Of a DNA stretch of 64,000 nucleotides, positions 9,689 through 17,928 are shown in pieces; within the stretch, counting starts at the first letter, position 1; every line of letters begins with the position of its first letter. Below the pieces are notes generated by a model that saw only the letters and a list, made by a program, of their open reading frames with translations, made no database searches and had not been told where the DNA came from. This DNA is from an uncultured Thermus sp. (GTDB lineage: Bacteria; Deinococcota; Deinococci; Deinococcales; Thermaceae), in contig CAMTVD010000006.1 in NCBI GenBank assembly GCA_947085095.1, positions 34,587-98,586 on the forward strand, in the 5' to 3' direction. The translations under genes were made by a program, and so were the position numbers.

Positions 9689-10363
9689 ATGGAACCCCCT
9701 CTGATCCTGATCGTGGAGGACGAGAAGGACATCGCCCGCTTCATAGAGCTGGAGCTTATGGCGGAGGGCTACCGCACCGAGGTGGCCCACGACGGCATCA
9801 CCGGGCTTTCCAAGTTCCGGGAGGTGAACCCCAACCTGGTCATCCTGGACCTGATGCTCCCGGTCATGGACGGGATTGAGGTGGCTAGGCGCATCCGCAA
9901 GACCTCCAACGTGCCCATCCTCATCCTCACCGCCAAGGACCGGGTGGAGGACAAGGTTCTGGGCCTGGATGCGGGGGCCGACGACTACCTGGTGAAGCCC
10001 TTCTCCATTGAGGAGCTGTTGGCCCGGGTGCGGGCCCACCTGCGCCGGGTAACCCCAGCCATCACCGGGGAGATCCGGGTGGCGGACCTGATCGTCAACC
10101 TCGAGGGCCGGGAGGTCTTCCGGGGGGGGCGCCGGATCGAGCTCTCCAACAAGGAGTTTGAGCTCCTGGAGCTCTTGGCCAAGAACCCGGGCAAGGTCTT
10201 CAGCCGCTACGAGATTGAGGAAAAGGTCTGGCCCGGCTACCAGGGCGGGAGCAACGTGGTGGACGTCTACATCGGCTACCTGCGCAAGAAGCTGGAGGCG
10301 GGCGGGGAGCGCCGCCTCATCCACACCGTGCGGGGCGTGGGGTACGTGCTGAGGGAGGACTAG
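9689..10363 (+). CDS. OmpR/PhoB family response regulator
   Basis: VEDE, LDLMLP (phospho-Asp), [10 protein letters not shown] and winged-helix HTVRGVGY. Confidence 0.95.
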   Translation: MEPPLILIVEDEKDIARFIELELMAEGYRTEVAHDGITGLSKFREVNPNLVILDLMLPVMDGIEVARRIRKTSNVPILILTAKDRVEDKVLGLDAGADDYLVKPFSIEELLARVRAHLRRVTPAITGEIRVADLIVNLEGREVFRGGRRIELSNKEFELLELLAKNPGKVFSRYEIEEKVWPGYQGGSNVVDVYIGYLRKKLEAGGERRLIHTVRGVGYVLRED

Positions 10364-10367
10364 GACC

Positions 10368-11774
10368 CTGAGCCTAAGAAGCCGCATCACCCTCCTCACC
10401 GCGGGCCTCCTCCTCGTCACCCTCCTCCTCTTAGGCTTCGCCCTGGAGAGGCTTTTAGGGAGCTTCCTCTACCGCAACCTGCGGGGGGAGCTTCTGGAGG
10501 CCAGCAACCAGGTGGTCCGCCTCCTCAACCTGGGGGGGCAGGCCCTCCTGGAGGCGGGGCTTCCCCCGAGCCTCTACGCCGAGGTCCAGCTCATCCCTGA
10601 GGAGGACCCCGCCCTACTGGCCCGGGAGGGAGGGATCAGCCTGCAGCGGAGCCCCGCCCTCGGAAGCCAGCGCCTGGTCCTGAAGGAGGCGGACTACCGG
10701 GCCCTCCTAAAAGCGGGGGAGGTCTGGGCGGAGGCGGAGCTTCCCCGGGAAGGCCAGCCCCTCCGCCTCCTGGTCTACGCCAAGGAGGTGGAGGTGAACC
10801 TGGGGGGAGCGGTCTGGAAGGGGGTCCTCTTGGTGGGCAGGCCCACGGAGGACCTCGAGGCCACCCTGGTCCAGTTCGCCCGCATCTACGCGGGGACGGC
10901 CCTCTTGGTCCTCCTCCTCGCCCTCCTCCTGGCGCGAAGCCTGGTGGCCCGGGCCCTGGAGCCCTTGGAGTGGCTGGCCCGCCGGGCCGAGGCCATGCCC
11001 GAGCGCCCCGAGCCCCTCCCCGAACCCGAGGGGAAGGACGAGGTGGCCGCCCTGGTCAAGGCCCTAAACGGCATGATCACCCGCATGCAAAAGGCCTTTG
11101 AGGCCCAGACCCGCTTCCTCCAGGACGCCTCCCACGAGCTCAGGACCCCCATCACCGCCATCCTGGGGCACGTGGGCTACCTCCTAAGGCGCACCCCCCT
11201 CACCGAGGCCCAGAAGGAGAGCCTGGAGATCGTGAAGCGGGAGGCGGAGCGCATGGGCAAGCTGGTCTCGGACCTCCTGGACCTCTCCCAAAGCGGCACC
11301 TGGCGCATGGAGTCCGTGCCCGTGCGGGTCCTGGAGCTTCTGGAGGAGGTGAGGGGGGAGTTCGCCAAAAGCTTTGAGGGGGAGATCCTGGTGGAGGCCC
11401 CCGAGGACCTCCACGTGCAAGGGGACCCCGATCGGCTTCACCAGGTGCTCGCCAACCTGGTCTCCAACGCCCTTAAGGCCGGGGCGAAGACGGTGTGGCT
11501 CAGGGCCTTTGACCTGGGCGACCGGGCGGTGGTGCGGGTGGAGGACGATGGGGAGGGGATCCCCCCAGAGCACCTCCCCCACCTCTTTGAACGCTTCTAC
11601 CGGGTGGACAAGGCGCGGGACCGGGAACGGGGGGGCTCGGGCCTCGGCCTCGCCATCGTGAAGGCCATCCTCGAGGCCCACGGAGGCGAGATCTGGGTGG
11701 AAAGCCAGATGGGCCAGGGCACCGCCTTCAGCTTCTCCCTCCCCGCAAGCGGGCCACCGCCTCCTCCACGCTGA
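10368..11774 (+). CDS. Sensor histidine kinase (2 TM, HAMP, HisKA, HATPase); probable CTG start
   Basis: ASHELRTP H-box, NLVSNALK, DDGEGI, FERFYR and GSGLGL. The first TM helix is encoded upstream of the first GTG (10512) in the same frame, starting from CTG 10368. Confidence 0.88.
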   Translation: MSLRSRITLLTAGLLLVTLLLLGFALERLLGSFLYRNLRGELLEASNQVVRLLNLGGQALLEAGLPPSLYAEVQLIPEEDPALLAREGGISLQRSPALGSQRLVLKEADYRALLKAGEVWAEAELPREGQPLRLLVYAKEVEVNLGGAVWKGVLLVGRPTEDLEATLVQFARIYAGTALLVLLLALLLARSLVARALEPLEWLARRAEAMPERPEPLPEPEGKDEVAALVKALNGMITRMQKAFEAQTRFLQDASHELRTPITAILGHVGYLLRRTPLTEAQKESLEIVKREAERMGKLVSDLLDLSQSGTWRMESVPVRVLELLEEVRGEFAKSFEGEILVEAPEDLHVQGDPDRLHQVLANLVSNALKAGAKTVWLRAFDLGDRAVVRVEDDGEGIPPEHLPHLFERFYRVDKARDRERGGSGLGLAIVKAILEAHGGEIWVESQMGQGTAFSFSLPASGPPPPPR

Positions 11775-12099
11775 TCTCCCCCCGGCGCAAGGCCTCGAGG
11801 ACCTCCACGCGGTCTTCCCTCTCTTCCCCCGCCTCGTAACCCAAGGCCTTCAGGAGGGCGTCCAGCCTGGCCCGCACCGTGGGGTAGGAGACCCCCAGGA
11901 TCCGCTCCACCTCCTTCAGGTTCCCCCGGGTCTTCACGAAGAGCCTCAGGAAGTCCAGGTGCTCCTTGGGCAGAAGGGCGAACTCGTTGGGGAGGAAGCG
12001 GCCCGAAACCTCGGTGCCGCAGGCCTCGCAGTAAAGGATCCTCACGGAAAGGGGCCCCTCGCAGGCGGGGCACCGCACCGGCATGGGTTTTTTCACCAT
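11728..12099 (-). CDS. DUF2089-like protein (Zn ribbon + HTH + C-terminal SHOCT-like helix pair)
   Basis: CPAC...CEAC, then F...RGNLKEVER.LGVSYPTVRARLD, then EVLEALRRGEISVEEA. Confidence 0.85.
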   Translation of the reverse strand: MVKKPMPVRCPACEGPLSVRILYCEACGTEVSGRFLPNEFALLPKEHLDFLRLFVKTRGNLKEVERILGVSYPTVRARLDALLKALGYEAGEEREDRVEVLEALRRGEISVEEAVARLRGGRS

Positions 12100-12356
12100 A
12101 GTCCCACCTTCAGCCGCACGCCCTCGGCCTCCAGGGAAAGGAGGGGCAGGGGAGGAAGCCCCCTGAGGGCAAAGAGGGCCAGGAAAGGTACCCTCGGCCC
12201 CGGCCTTCCCCTAAGGAGCCCCCGGGTCTTCCAGAGGAAGAGGAGGAGGAGAAGCCCCCACTCCAGGAAGAAGAGGGGGAGGACGAGGTAGAGGGGGAAG
12301 GGCCAGGGCCCCCGCACCGCCAGGTAGAGAAACCGAGGCCTGAGGGGCGGCCTCAC
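12093..12356 (-). CDS. Small hydrophobic hypothetical protein
   Basis: 87-aa ORF overlapping both operon neighbours, with a central hydrophobic stretch. Confidence 0.6.
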   Translation of the reverse strand: MRPPLRPRFLYLAVRGPWPFPLYLVLPLFFLEWGLLLLLFLWKTRGLLRGRPGPRVPFLALFALRGLPPLPLLSLEAEGVRLKVGLW

Positions 12357-12724
12357 ACCACCTCCACCAGGATCTTGACGGGCCCGTCCTCCTCCTGGGC
12401 CTCTACCTCTACCAGTTTTCCTTCAGGAACCCCCTCCTTGAGGAGGGCCAGGAGGTCCTTGAGGTTCACCCCCTGGCGGCCCAGGGTGAGCTTGGCCTCC
12501 TCGGGGAGGAAGGACTCCACCAGGGGGGCCAGGGCCAGGGGGAGGTTGACGTGAATCTTCACGGGCCGCCCCTTCTCCTCCGCTTCCACCCGCACCTTGA
12601 GGAGCCGGGCCGGGGGCCTGGGCTCGGGCCTCGTCCCCTCCAAGGCCGCAAGCAGGTCCATGGCCTCCTCTACCCCGATGCTTCCCGCCTGCAACATCTC
12701 CAGCACGCGCTTTTTCTCTTCCAT
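12353..12724 (-). CDS. SHOCT-like (YvlB/LiaX N-terminal type) domain protein
   Basis: N-terminus MEEKKRVLEMLQAGSIGVEEAMDLLAAL; GGAGG SD upstream. Confidence 0.8.
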   Translation of the reverse strand: MEEKKRVLEMLQAGSIGVEEAMDLLAALEGTRPEPRPPARLLKVRVEAEEKGRPVKIHVNLPLALAPLVESFLPEEAKLTLGRQGVNLKDLLALLKEGVPEGKLVEVEAQEEDGPVKILVEVV

Positions 12725-12726
12725 GT

Positions 12727-13392
12727 CTAGGCCTCCACTTCCAGGTTGCTGGCGAAAGCCCTCACCCTAAGAACCGCCCGCCCTTCCCCAAGCCGGTACC
12801 CACCCGGCACCCGGGCCAAGGCCCCTCCCACCTTCACCGAAGAAAGCCTTTCCCCCACCTCCAGAAGGAGGTCCGAAGGGGGGAGGAAGCTGAGCTCGGC
12901 GTTGCTGGCCTTGAGGTCCAGGCGGTGAGTCCCCTCCCGGAGGAGGAGGGTGGCCTCCAGGTTTCCCGCCACCAACCCCAGGTCCAGCCCCAGGATCCCC
13001 TCCCCTTCCAGGTTGCACCCATGGGCTTGCCCCAAGAGGGCCACCCGGGAGAGCTCCAGGTTGCTCCCCTTGGCCTCGAGGCGGACCAGGCTCCCCTCAG
13101 GCACCCAAAGCCTACCCTTCTCCCCTACGCCTAGGCGGAAAAGGTGGCCCTCCCCTTCCTTCCGGAACTCCCCACCTTCCGCCTCGGGGAGGGTGAGCCC
13201 CCTTTTCCCCATCACCTCCACGTCCGCCCCGCCCGCCACCAGGCGAACCCCGGGGCCCTGGGGCCAGGCCTCCCCCCTCACCGAGCCCTCCTCCACCTCC
13301 CGGTCCTCCAGGGCCGCAAGGAGCTCCAGGGCCTCCTCGGGGCTCAGAACCCCTTCCCTGACCATCTCCAGGATGCGCCTCTTATCCTCCAT
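12727..13392 (-). CDS. SHOCT-like domain plus beta-rich (DUF4097/Toastrack-like) protein
   Basis: N-terminus MEDKRRILEMVREGVLSPEEALELLAAL; C-terminal repeats of the form xxxxASNxEL; AAGGAGG SD. Confidence 0.75.
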   Translation of the reverse strand: MEDKRRILEMVREGVLSPEEALELLAALEDREVEEGSVRGEAWPQGPGVRLVAGGADVEVMGKRGLTLPEAEGGEFRKEGEGHLFRLGVGEKGRLWVPEGSLVRLEAKGSNLELSRVALLGQAHGCNLEGEGILGLDLGLVAGNLEATLLLREGTHRLDLKASNAELSFLPPSDLLLEVGERLSSVKVGGALARVPGGYRLGEGRAVLRVRAFASNLEVEA

Positions 13393-13579
13393 GAACCGCC
13401 TCCTTCCCCCTCCAGGCCTCCTCCGGGGCCAGCCAGGCGGAAAGCCTCAGCAAAAGCCGGGCGAACCCCCTGCGCCACCCCCGCCTCAGGGGCCTCAAGC
13501 GCCTTTCCCGTTCCGCCTCCTCTAGGAGAGCCTTCTGGTGGAGCCTTACCGCTTGCCAATTCTCCCAAGAACCCAGCAT
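13382..13579 (-). CDS. Small basic hypothetical protein (first gene of operon)
   Basis: AAGGAGGTGA SD before ATG 13579; 65 aa, HQKALLEEAERERRLR followed by an amphipathic helix. Confidence 0.65.
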   Translation of the reverse strand: MLGSWENWQAVRLHQKALLEEAERERRLRPLRRGWRRGFARLLLRLSAWLAPEEAWRGKEAVHGG

Positions 13580-13600
13580 CCCCCTCACCTCCTTGAGGAG

Positions 13601-13630
13601 ATTGTAATACTGAGGTTACTATTCTGTCAA
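13601..13630 (-). promoter_or_regulatory. SigmaA-type promoter TTGACA-N18-TACAAT with overlapping imperfect inverted repeat
   Basis: Minus strand reads TTGACAGAATAGTAACCTCAGTATTACAAT, directly upstream of the SD of the 13579 gene. Confidence 0.75.
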
Positions 13631-13645
13631 GCCCTACTTACACTT

Positions 13646-14398
13646 TTAGAAGATGAGCCTCGAGGGGTGCCGGGAACCCAGGAAGGGAGCCCCCAGGAAG
13701 GCGAAAAGGAGCAGGGCGTAGGCGAGAAGGAGAAGCCCCGCCCGGGGAAGCCCCCTTAGCCTCTCCTCCAAGAGGAAGTGGAGGGTCAAAAGAAACCAGC
13801 CCAGGAAGGCGGAAAGCTCCTTGGGGTCTAAGGTCAAGGGGCTTCCGAAGTAGCCCCAGGCCCAGGCCATCCCGCTCCCCAGGCCCAGGGTGGCCGCCAG
13901 ATACCCCACCCTTAGGTACCCCCGCTCCAGGCGCCTGAGGCTCCAGAGGGGGGCGTTTTGCAGGGCCTTCTCGGGGGCACGGCGCAGGCGCAGGTCCTGT
14001 AGAGCACCCATCACCCCCGCCCCTACTCCCACCGCCAGGGCCAGGTAGGCCACCAGGAAAGCCCCCCCGTGGAGGAGGCTGAGGGAAAGGGGATGCGCCC
14101 CCCCGGGATGGGACAGGGCCTTGAGGGCGAAAAAACCTAAAAGGAGGGCTAAAAGGAGGAGGTAGCGCCGCAAGGGAGCAAGCCAGGGCCTTTGCAGAAG
14201 GCTTTCCCCTCTAAGGGCGAGAAACCCGCCCAAGAGGAGGGCGGGCTGGGCCGGGCCAGAAAAAAGCCCCTTAACCAGGGCATCCGCCAGGGCCGCCCCC
14301 AGGTAGAGAAGGGCCCCGGGATAAAGGGCCCGGGGCCAGAAGAGGCCCAGGGCCAAGCCCACCACGCCCCCCAGCGCCAGAAGGTCAGCGAGGTTCAT
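13646..14398 (-). CDS. Cytochrome c assembly protein CcsA/HemX-like membrane protein
   Basis: Multi-TM protein with LLHGG and GSGMAWAW..FG....DPKE motifs; ATG overlaps the hemA stop. Confidence 0.8.
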   Translation of the reverse strand: MNLADLLALGGVVGLALGLFWPRALYPGALLYLGAALADALVKGLFSGPAQPALLLGGFLALRGESLLQRPWLAPLRRYLLLLALLLGFFALKALSHPGGAHPLSLSLLHGGAFLVAYLALAVGVGAGVMGALQDLRLRRAPEKALQNAPLWSLRRLERGYLRVGYLAATLGLGSGMAWAWGYFGSPLTLDPKELSAFLGWFLLTLHFLLEERLRGLPRAGLLLLAYALLLFAFLGAPFLGSRHPSRLIF

Positions 14399-15573
14399 AA
14401 CCGGGGAGGCCGGAAGGCCAGGAGGGGGCACTCCCTAGGGCACGGGGACCCCTGCAGGAGCTTCCTGGAGCCCAGCTTCACGGCGAGGATCCAGGGATGG
14501 GCCCGGCGGCCCGCCTCCTTGTGCCAGAGAAGCGGGTCCGCCTGGGGAAACTCCTGGGCCACCTCCCGGAAGATGCGCTCCTCCAGGGTCTTGATGGCCT
14601 CCCGCACCCGGTGGCCCGCGTACCACTCCAGGTAGTCGGCCAAAGCCTTCTCCACCAGGGCCTCCACCTTGGGCACCTCCCCCTTTCTGGCCGCCATGTT
14701 CTTCTCCACCACCCGCTCCAGGTCGTCCAGGTTGTAAAGGTAGGCGTGGGGCAGGCGGCCCACCCTTGGGTCAATGTTCCGGGGCAGGGCGATATCTATG
14801 AGAAAGAGGGGCTTGGCCCTCTTGGGCAGGTCCTCCGGCCCCACCAGGTAATGGGGGGCGGCGGCCGAGGCCACCACCAGGTCCGCCTGCTTCAGGACCT
14901 GGGGCAGGGCAGAGAGGGCGTAGGCCTCCCCATGGAAACGCTCCACCAGGGCCCTGGCCCTTTCCTCCGTGCGGTTCACCACCAAGACCCGGCCCACCCC
15001 CTGGGCCTTCAGGTGGGTGAGGAAGAGTTCCGCCATCTCCCCCGCCCCAAGGACGGCCACCACCAGGCCGCTTAGGTCCCCATAGACCGCCAGGGCCAGG
15101 TCCAAGGCGGCGTAGGCCACGCTCACCGCCCCGGCCCCGATTCCCGTCTCGCTCCTCGCCCGCTTGCCCAGGGCGATGGCCGACTGGAAGGCCTTTTCCA
15201 AAAGGCTCTCCGTGGCCCCGTGCTTCCTTGCCAGGAAGAGGGCCTCCCGCACCTGGCCCAGGATCTGGGCCTCCCCCACCACCAGGGAGTCCAGGCCCGC
15301 GGCCACCCGGAAGAGGTGGCGGAGGGCCTCCACTCCCTCCTTCAGGTAGAGGTGGCGGGGCTCCACACCCCTGTCCAACAGAAGAGCCCGGGCTTTCCCC
15401 GGGTCCCCTACCCCATAAAGCTCCGTGCGGTTGCAGGTGGAGAGGACCACCCCCTTACCCAGGCGGGCCAGGGCCGCGGGCAGGGCCACCGCCGGGTCCA
15501 AGGCCACCCTTTCCCGCACCTCCACCGGGGCGGTCTTGTGGGAGAGGCCCACCAGGTAAAAGGGCAGGGCCAT
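14395..15573 (-). CDS. hemA: Glutamyl-tRNA reductase
   Basis: GLSHKTAPVEVRE, STCNRTE, GLDSLVVGE.QILGQV, GAGEM and DIALPRNID. Confidence 0.96.
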   Translation of the reverse strand: MALPFYLVGLSHKTAPVEVRERVALDPAVALPAALARLGKGVVLSTCNRTELYGVGDPGKARALLLDRGVEPRHLYLKEGVEALRHLFRVAAGLDSLVVGEAQILGQVREALFLARKHGATESLLEKAFQSAIALGKRARSETGIGAGAVSVAYAALDLALAVYGDLSGLVVAVLGAGEMAELFLTHLKAQGVGRVLVVNRTEERARALVERFHGEAYALSALPQVLKQADLVVASAAAPHYLVGPEDLPKRAKPLFLIDIALPRNIDPRVGRLPHAYLYNLDDLERVVEKNMAARKGEVPKVEALVEKALADYLEWYAGHRVREAIKTLEERIFREVAQEFPQADPLLWHKEAGRRAHPWILAVKLGSRKLLQGSPCPRECPLLAFRPPRL

Positions 15574-15616
15574 AGTCTTCTGGCAGTATACGGCAGAAGC
15601 ACAGGGACATAAGCCC

Positions 15617-16294
15617 CTAGGCGGTCAAGGCCTTTAGGATGGCTTGGATAAGGCCCTGAAGCCCGGGCTCCTCCGCCTCCCAGACGGGAAAGCCGAGCCT
15701 TAGGGCCTCCTTAGCGGTGCTGGGACCAATGCAGGCAGCCTTAGGGCGCCTAGGGGTCCAGCGGGCGAAGGCTCTCGCCCCCGAGGGGCTGAAGAGAGCC
15801 ACCACCTCCGCCCTCTGCAAAAGGGCCACCTCCTCCGGGGAAAGCGCCCTCTCCCGGGTGGCGTAGACGGGTAGGCGCTCCACGGGAATCCCCCGCGCCA
15901 GGAGGCCCCGCTCCAGGTCCTCCCCCGCCAGGTCCCCGGCCACGAAGAGGACTTGCCTGGCCTCTGGGAACCCCTCCGCCAGGTCCTTGGCCGTGGCCCT
16001 TTGGGGAAGGAAGGCCGGGGGGAGCCCGCCCCTCCTCAGGACCTCCCCCGTCCCCTCCCCCACGGCCGCCACCCTGAGGGGGGGCCTCCCCGCCCGCTCC
16101 CAGGCCAGGAGGAGGCGCCCCGCCCCCTCCTTGGAGGTCACCGCCACCCAGTCCGCCTCCCCCAGCTTTTCGGGCAGAAGGGCCAGGGCGGGAAGGTCCA
16201 CCTGCTCCAAAAGGGCCACCTCCGCCGCCTCAATCCCCAGGGCGGAAAGCCGCTCCAAAAGCGCCCTATCCTTCCCCCTCGTGAGGAGAACCAC
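15617..16294 (-). CDS. hemD: Uroporphyrinogen-III synthase
   Basis: VLLTR, VTS, AAVGEGT, VYAT, FSPS and CIGPSTA motifs; adjacent to hemA. Confidence 0.88.
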   Translation of the reverse strand: MVLLTRGKDRALLERLSALGIEAAEVALLEQVDLPALALLPEKLGEADWVAVTSKEGAGRLLLAWERAGRPPLRVAAVGEGTGEVLRRGGLPPAFLPQRATAKDLAEGFPEARQVLFVAGDLAGEDLERGLLARGIPVERLPVYATRERALSPEEVALLQRAEVVALFSPSGARAFARWTPRRPKAACIGPSTAKEALRLGFPVWEAEEPGLQGLIQAILKALTA

Positions 16295-16631
16295 GGCCCT
16301 TGAGCACCTTGTGGAAAAGCTTCATGGCGGCCAGGGCCCGGGGAAAGCCCAGGAAGAGGGCGGACTGGAGGATGGTCTCCCGCACCTCCTCCTCCCTGGC
16401 CCCCACCCTGAGGGCCCCCTCGAGGTGGGTGGCGAGCTCCTTGGGGCTCCCCAGGGCGATGAGGGCGGTGATGGCGAGAAGCTCCCGGGTCTTCAGGTCC
16501 AGCCCCGGCCGCGCCAGGACCTCCTCGTAGGCGAAGTCCCGGATGTAGCGGAAGAGGTCAGGGTCCGCCTCCTGGAGGCTTTTCTCAATGGCCTCCCGCT
16601 TCTCTCCCCAGATGGCCTCCCGCACGCTCAT
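16266..16631 (-). CDS. Carboxymuconolactone decarboxylase family protein
   Basis: RPGLDLKTREL, HLEGALRVG and GFPRA. Confidence 0.88.
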   Translation of the reverse strand: MSVREAIWGEKREAIEKSLQEADPDLFRYIRDFAYEEVLARPGLDLKTRELLAITALIALGSPKELATHLEGALRVGAREEEVRETILQSALFLGFPRALAAMKLFHKVLKGRGSPHEGEG

Positions 16632-17287
16632 GCCAGGTAGTCTAGCACCGCAGAAAGGTGGTGGAGGGCCTCGGGGTTCTCCCCCGTGGGGTCAAAGAGG
16701 AGGGGGCGCATCCCCGCCCCTTTAGCCCCCAGGAGGTCGGCCTCGGCGTCTCCCACGTGCACCGCCTCCCCGCCGTCCACCCCCAGGGCGGCCAAGGCCT
16801 CCTGGAAGAGCCTGGGGTCGGGCTTGGCCACCCCGGAGAGGGCGCTCACCGCCAGGTGGTCAAAGTAACGCCTCAGGCCCACGGCCTCGAGGATCTCCGG
16901 CAAGGTGGCGTCCCAGTTGGAGACCACCGCCAGGGGGTAGCCCCGCTCCTTGAGGGCTCTAAGGGTCTCCTCCGCCCCCGGGGCCAGGGGCCAGAAGCGG
17001 GGATTGAGCCAGTTTTTCACCAGCTCTCGGGAGAGCCTCTCCGCCTCCGCCTCGAGGCCCATCCCGGAGAAAAGCCTAAAGTGGAACTCCCGCCAAAGGC
17101 CCAGGGCGGTCTCCAGGTCCCGGGCCAGGAGGTGGTTTTCCTCGTAAAAGCGGAAGGCCCGAAGGACCGCTTCCCGCACATCCCCTTTGGGCCTCAGGCC
17201 CTTTTCCTCCAGAAAGGGCTGGAGCCAGAAGCGGGGGCTCGTCAGGATCAGGGTGTTTCCCACGTCAAAGGTGATGGCCCGGGTCAT
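16628..17287 (-). CDS. HAD-superfamily hydrolase
   Basis: FDVGNTL, VSNWD, KPDP and HVGD..ADL.GA. Confidence 0.9.
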   Translation of the reverse strand: MTRAITFDVGNTLILTSPRFWLQPFLEEKGLRPKGDVREAVLRAFRFYEENHLLARDLETALGLWREFHFRLFSGMGLEAEAERLSRELVKNWLNPRFWPLAPGAEETLRALKERGYPLAVVSNWDATLPEILEAVGLRRYFDHLAVSALSGVAKPDPRLFQEALAALGVDGGEAVHVGDAEADLLGAKGAGMRPLLFDPTGENPEALHHLSAVLDYLA

Positions 17288-17309
17288 GGTCTAAGTTTAT
17301 ACCCCCTTC

Positions 17310-17340
17310 TAACCCAAGGTTAACCTTGGGCTGCTATGCT
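17310..17340. promoter_or_regulatory. Perfect 18-bp palindrome / 11-bp-spaced direct repeat in a divergent promoter region
   Basis: CCCAAGGTTAACCTTGGG at 17313-17330; TAACC at 17310 and 17321; extended -10 TGCTATGCT at 17332-17340. Confidence 0.6.
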
Positions 17341-17367
17341 TTTCGTAGCCCAAAGGAGGTGGTCCCC

Positions 17368-17928
17368 GTGCGCTGGTTGGTATGGAGCTTGGCCCTTTTT
17401 CTTCCCGCCTTGGCCCAGACCTTTGAGGTGGCCTCCGGGGAGGCCCGGTATAGGGTGCGGGAACAGTTGGTGCAGATCGGCCTCACCGACGCCGTGGGCA
17501 CCACCAAGGCGGTCAAGGGGGAGGTGCGCCTCCAGGGCGACCAGGCCACGGGGAGCCTCACCGTGGACCTGAGGGAGCTCAAGAGCGACCAGTCTCGGCG
17601 GGACAACTACCTAAGGCAGAACACCCTCCTGACCGACCGCTTTCCCACGGCCACCTTCCGTCCCAAACGGGTGGAGGGGCTTCCCAACCCCCTGCCCCAA
17701 AACGGCAAGCTCCCGGTGAAGGTGGTGGGGGACCTCACCCTCCGGGAGGTGACCCAGGAGGTGGCCTGGGAGGGAGAGGCGGAGTTTTCCGGCCAGGAAG
17801 TGCGGGTCTCCTTGCGCACCGAGTTTCCCTTTGAGAAGTTTGGTCTGGCCCAGCCCCGGGTATCCATCGTCCTCAGCGTGGAAAACCGCATCCGGCTGGA
17901 GGTGGACCTCCTCCTGAGGCGGAAGTGA
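17368..17928 (+). CDS. YceI family periplasmic lipid/quinone-binding protein
   Basis: AAGGAGG SD then GTG; signal peptide ending ALA-Q; RD.YL....L.TDRFPTATF and GDLTLREVT. Confidence 0.88.
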   Translation: MRWLVWSLALFLPALAQTFEVASGEARYRVREQLVQIGLTDAVGTTKAVKGEVRLQGDQATGSLTVDLRELKSDQSRRDNYLRQNTLLTDRFPTATFRPKRVEGLPNPLPQNGKLPVKVVGDLTLREVTQEVAWEGEAEFSGQEVRVSLRTEFPFEKFGLAQPRVSIVLSVENRIRLEVDLLLRRK

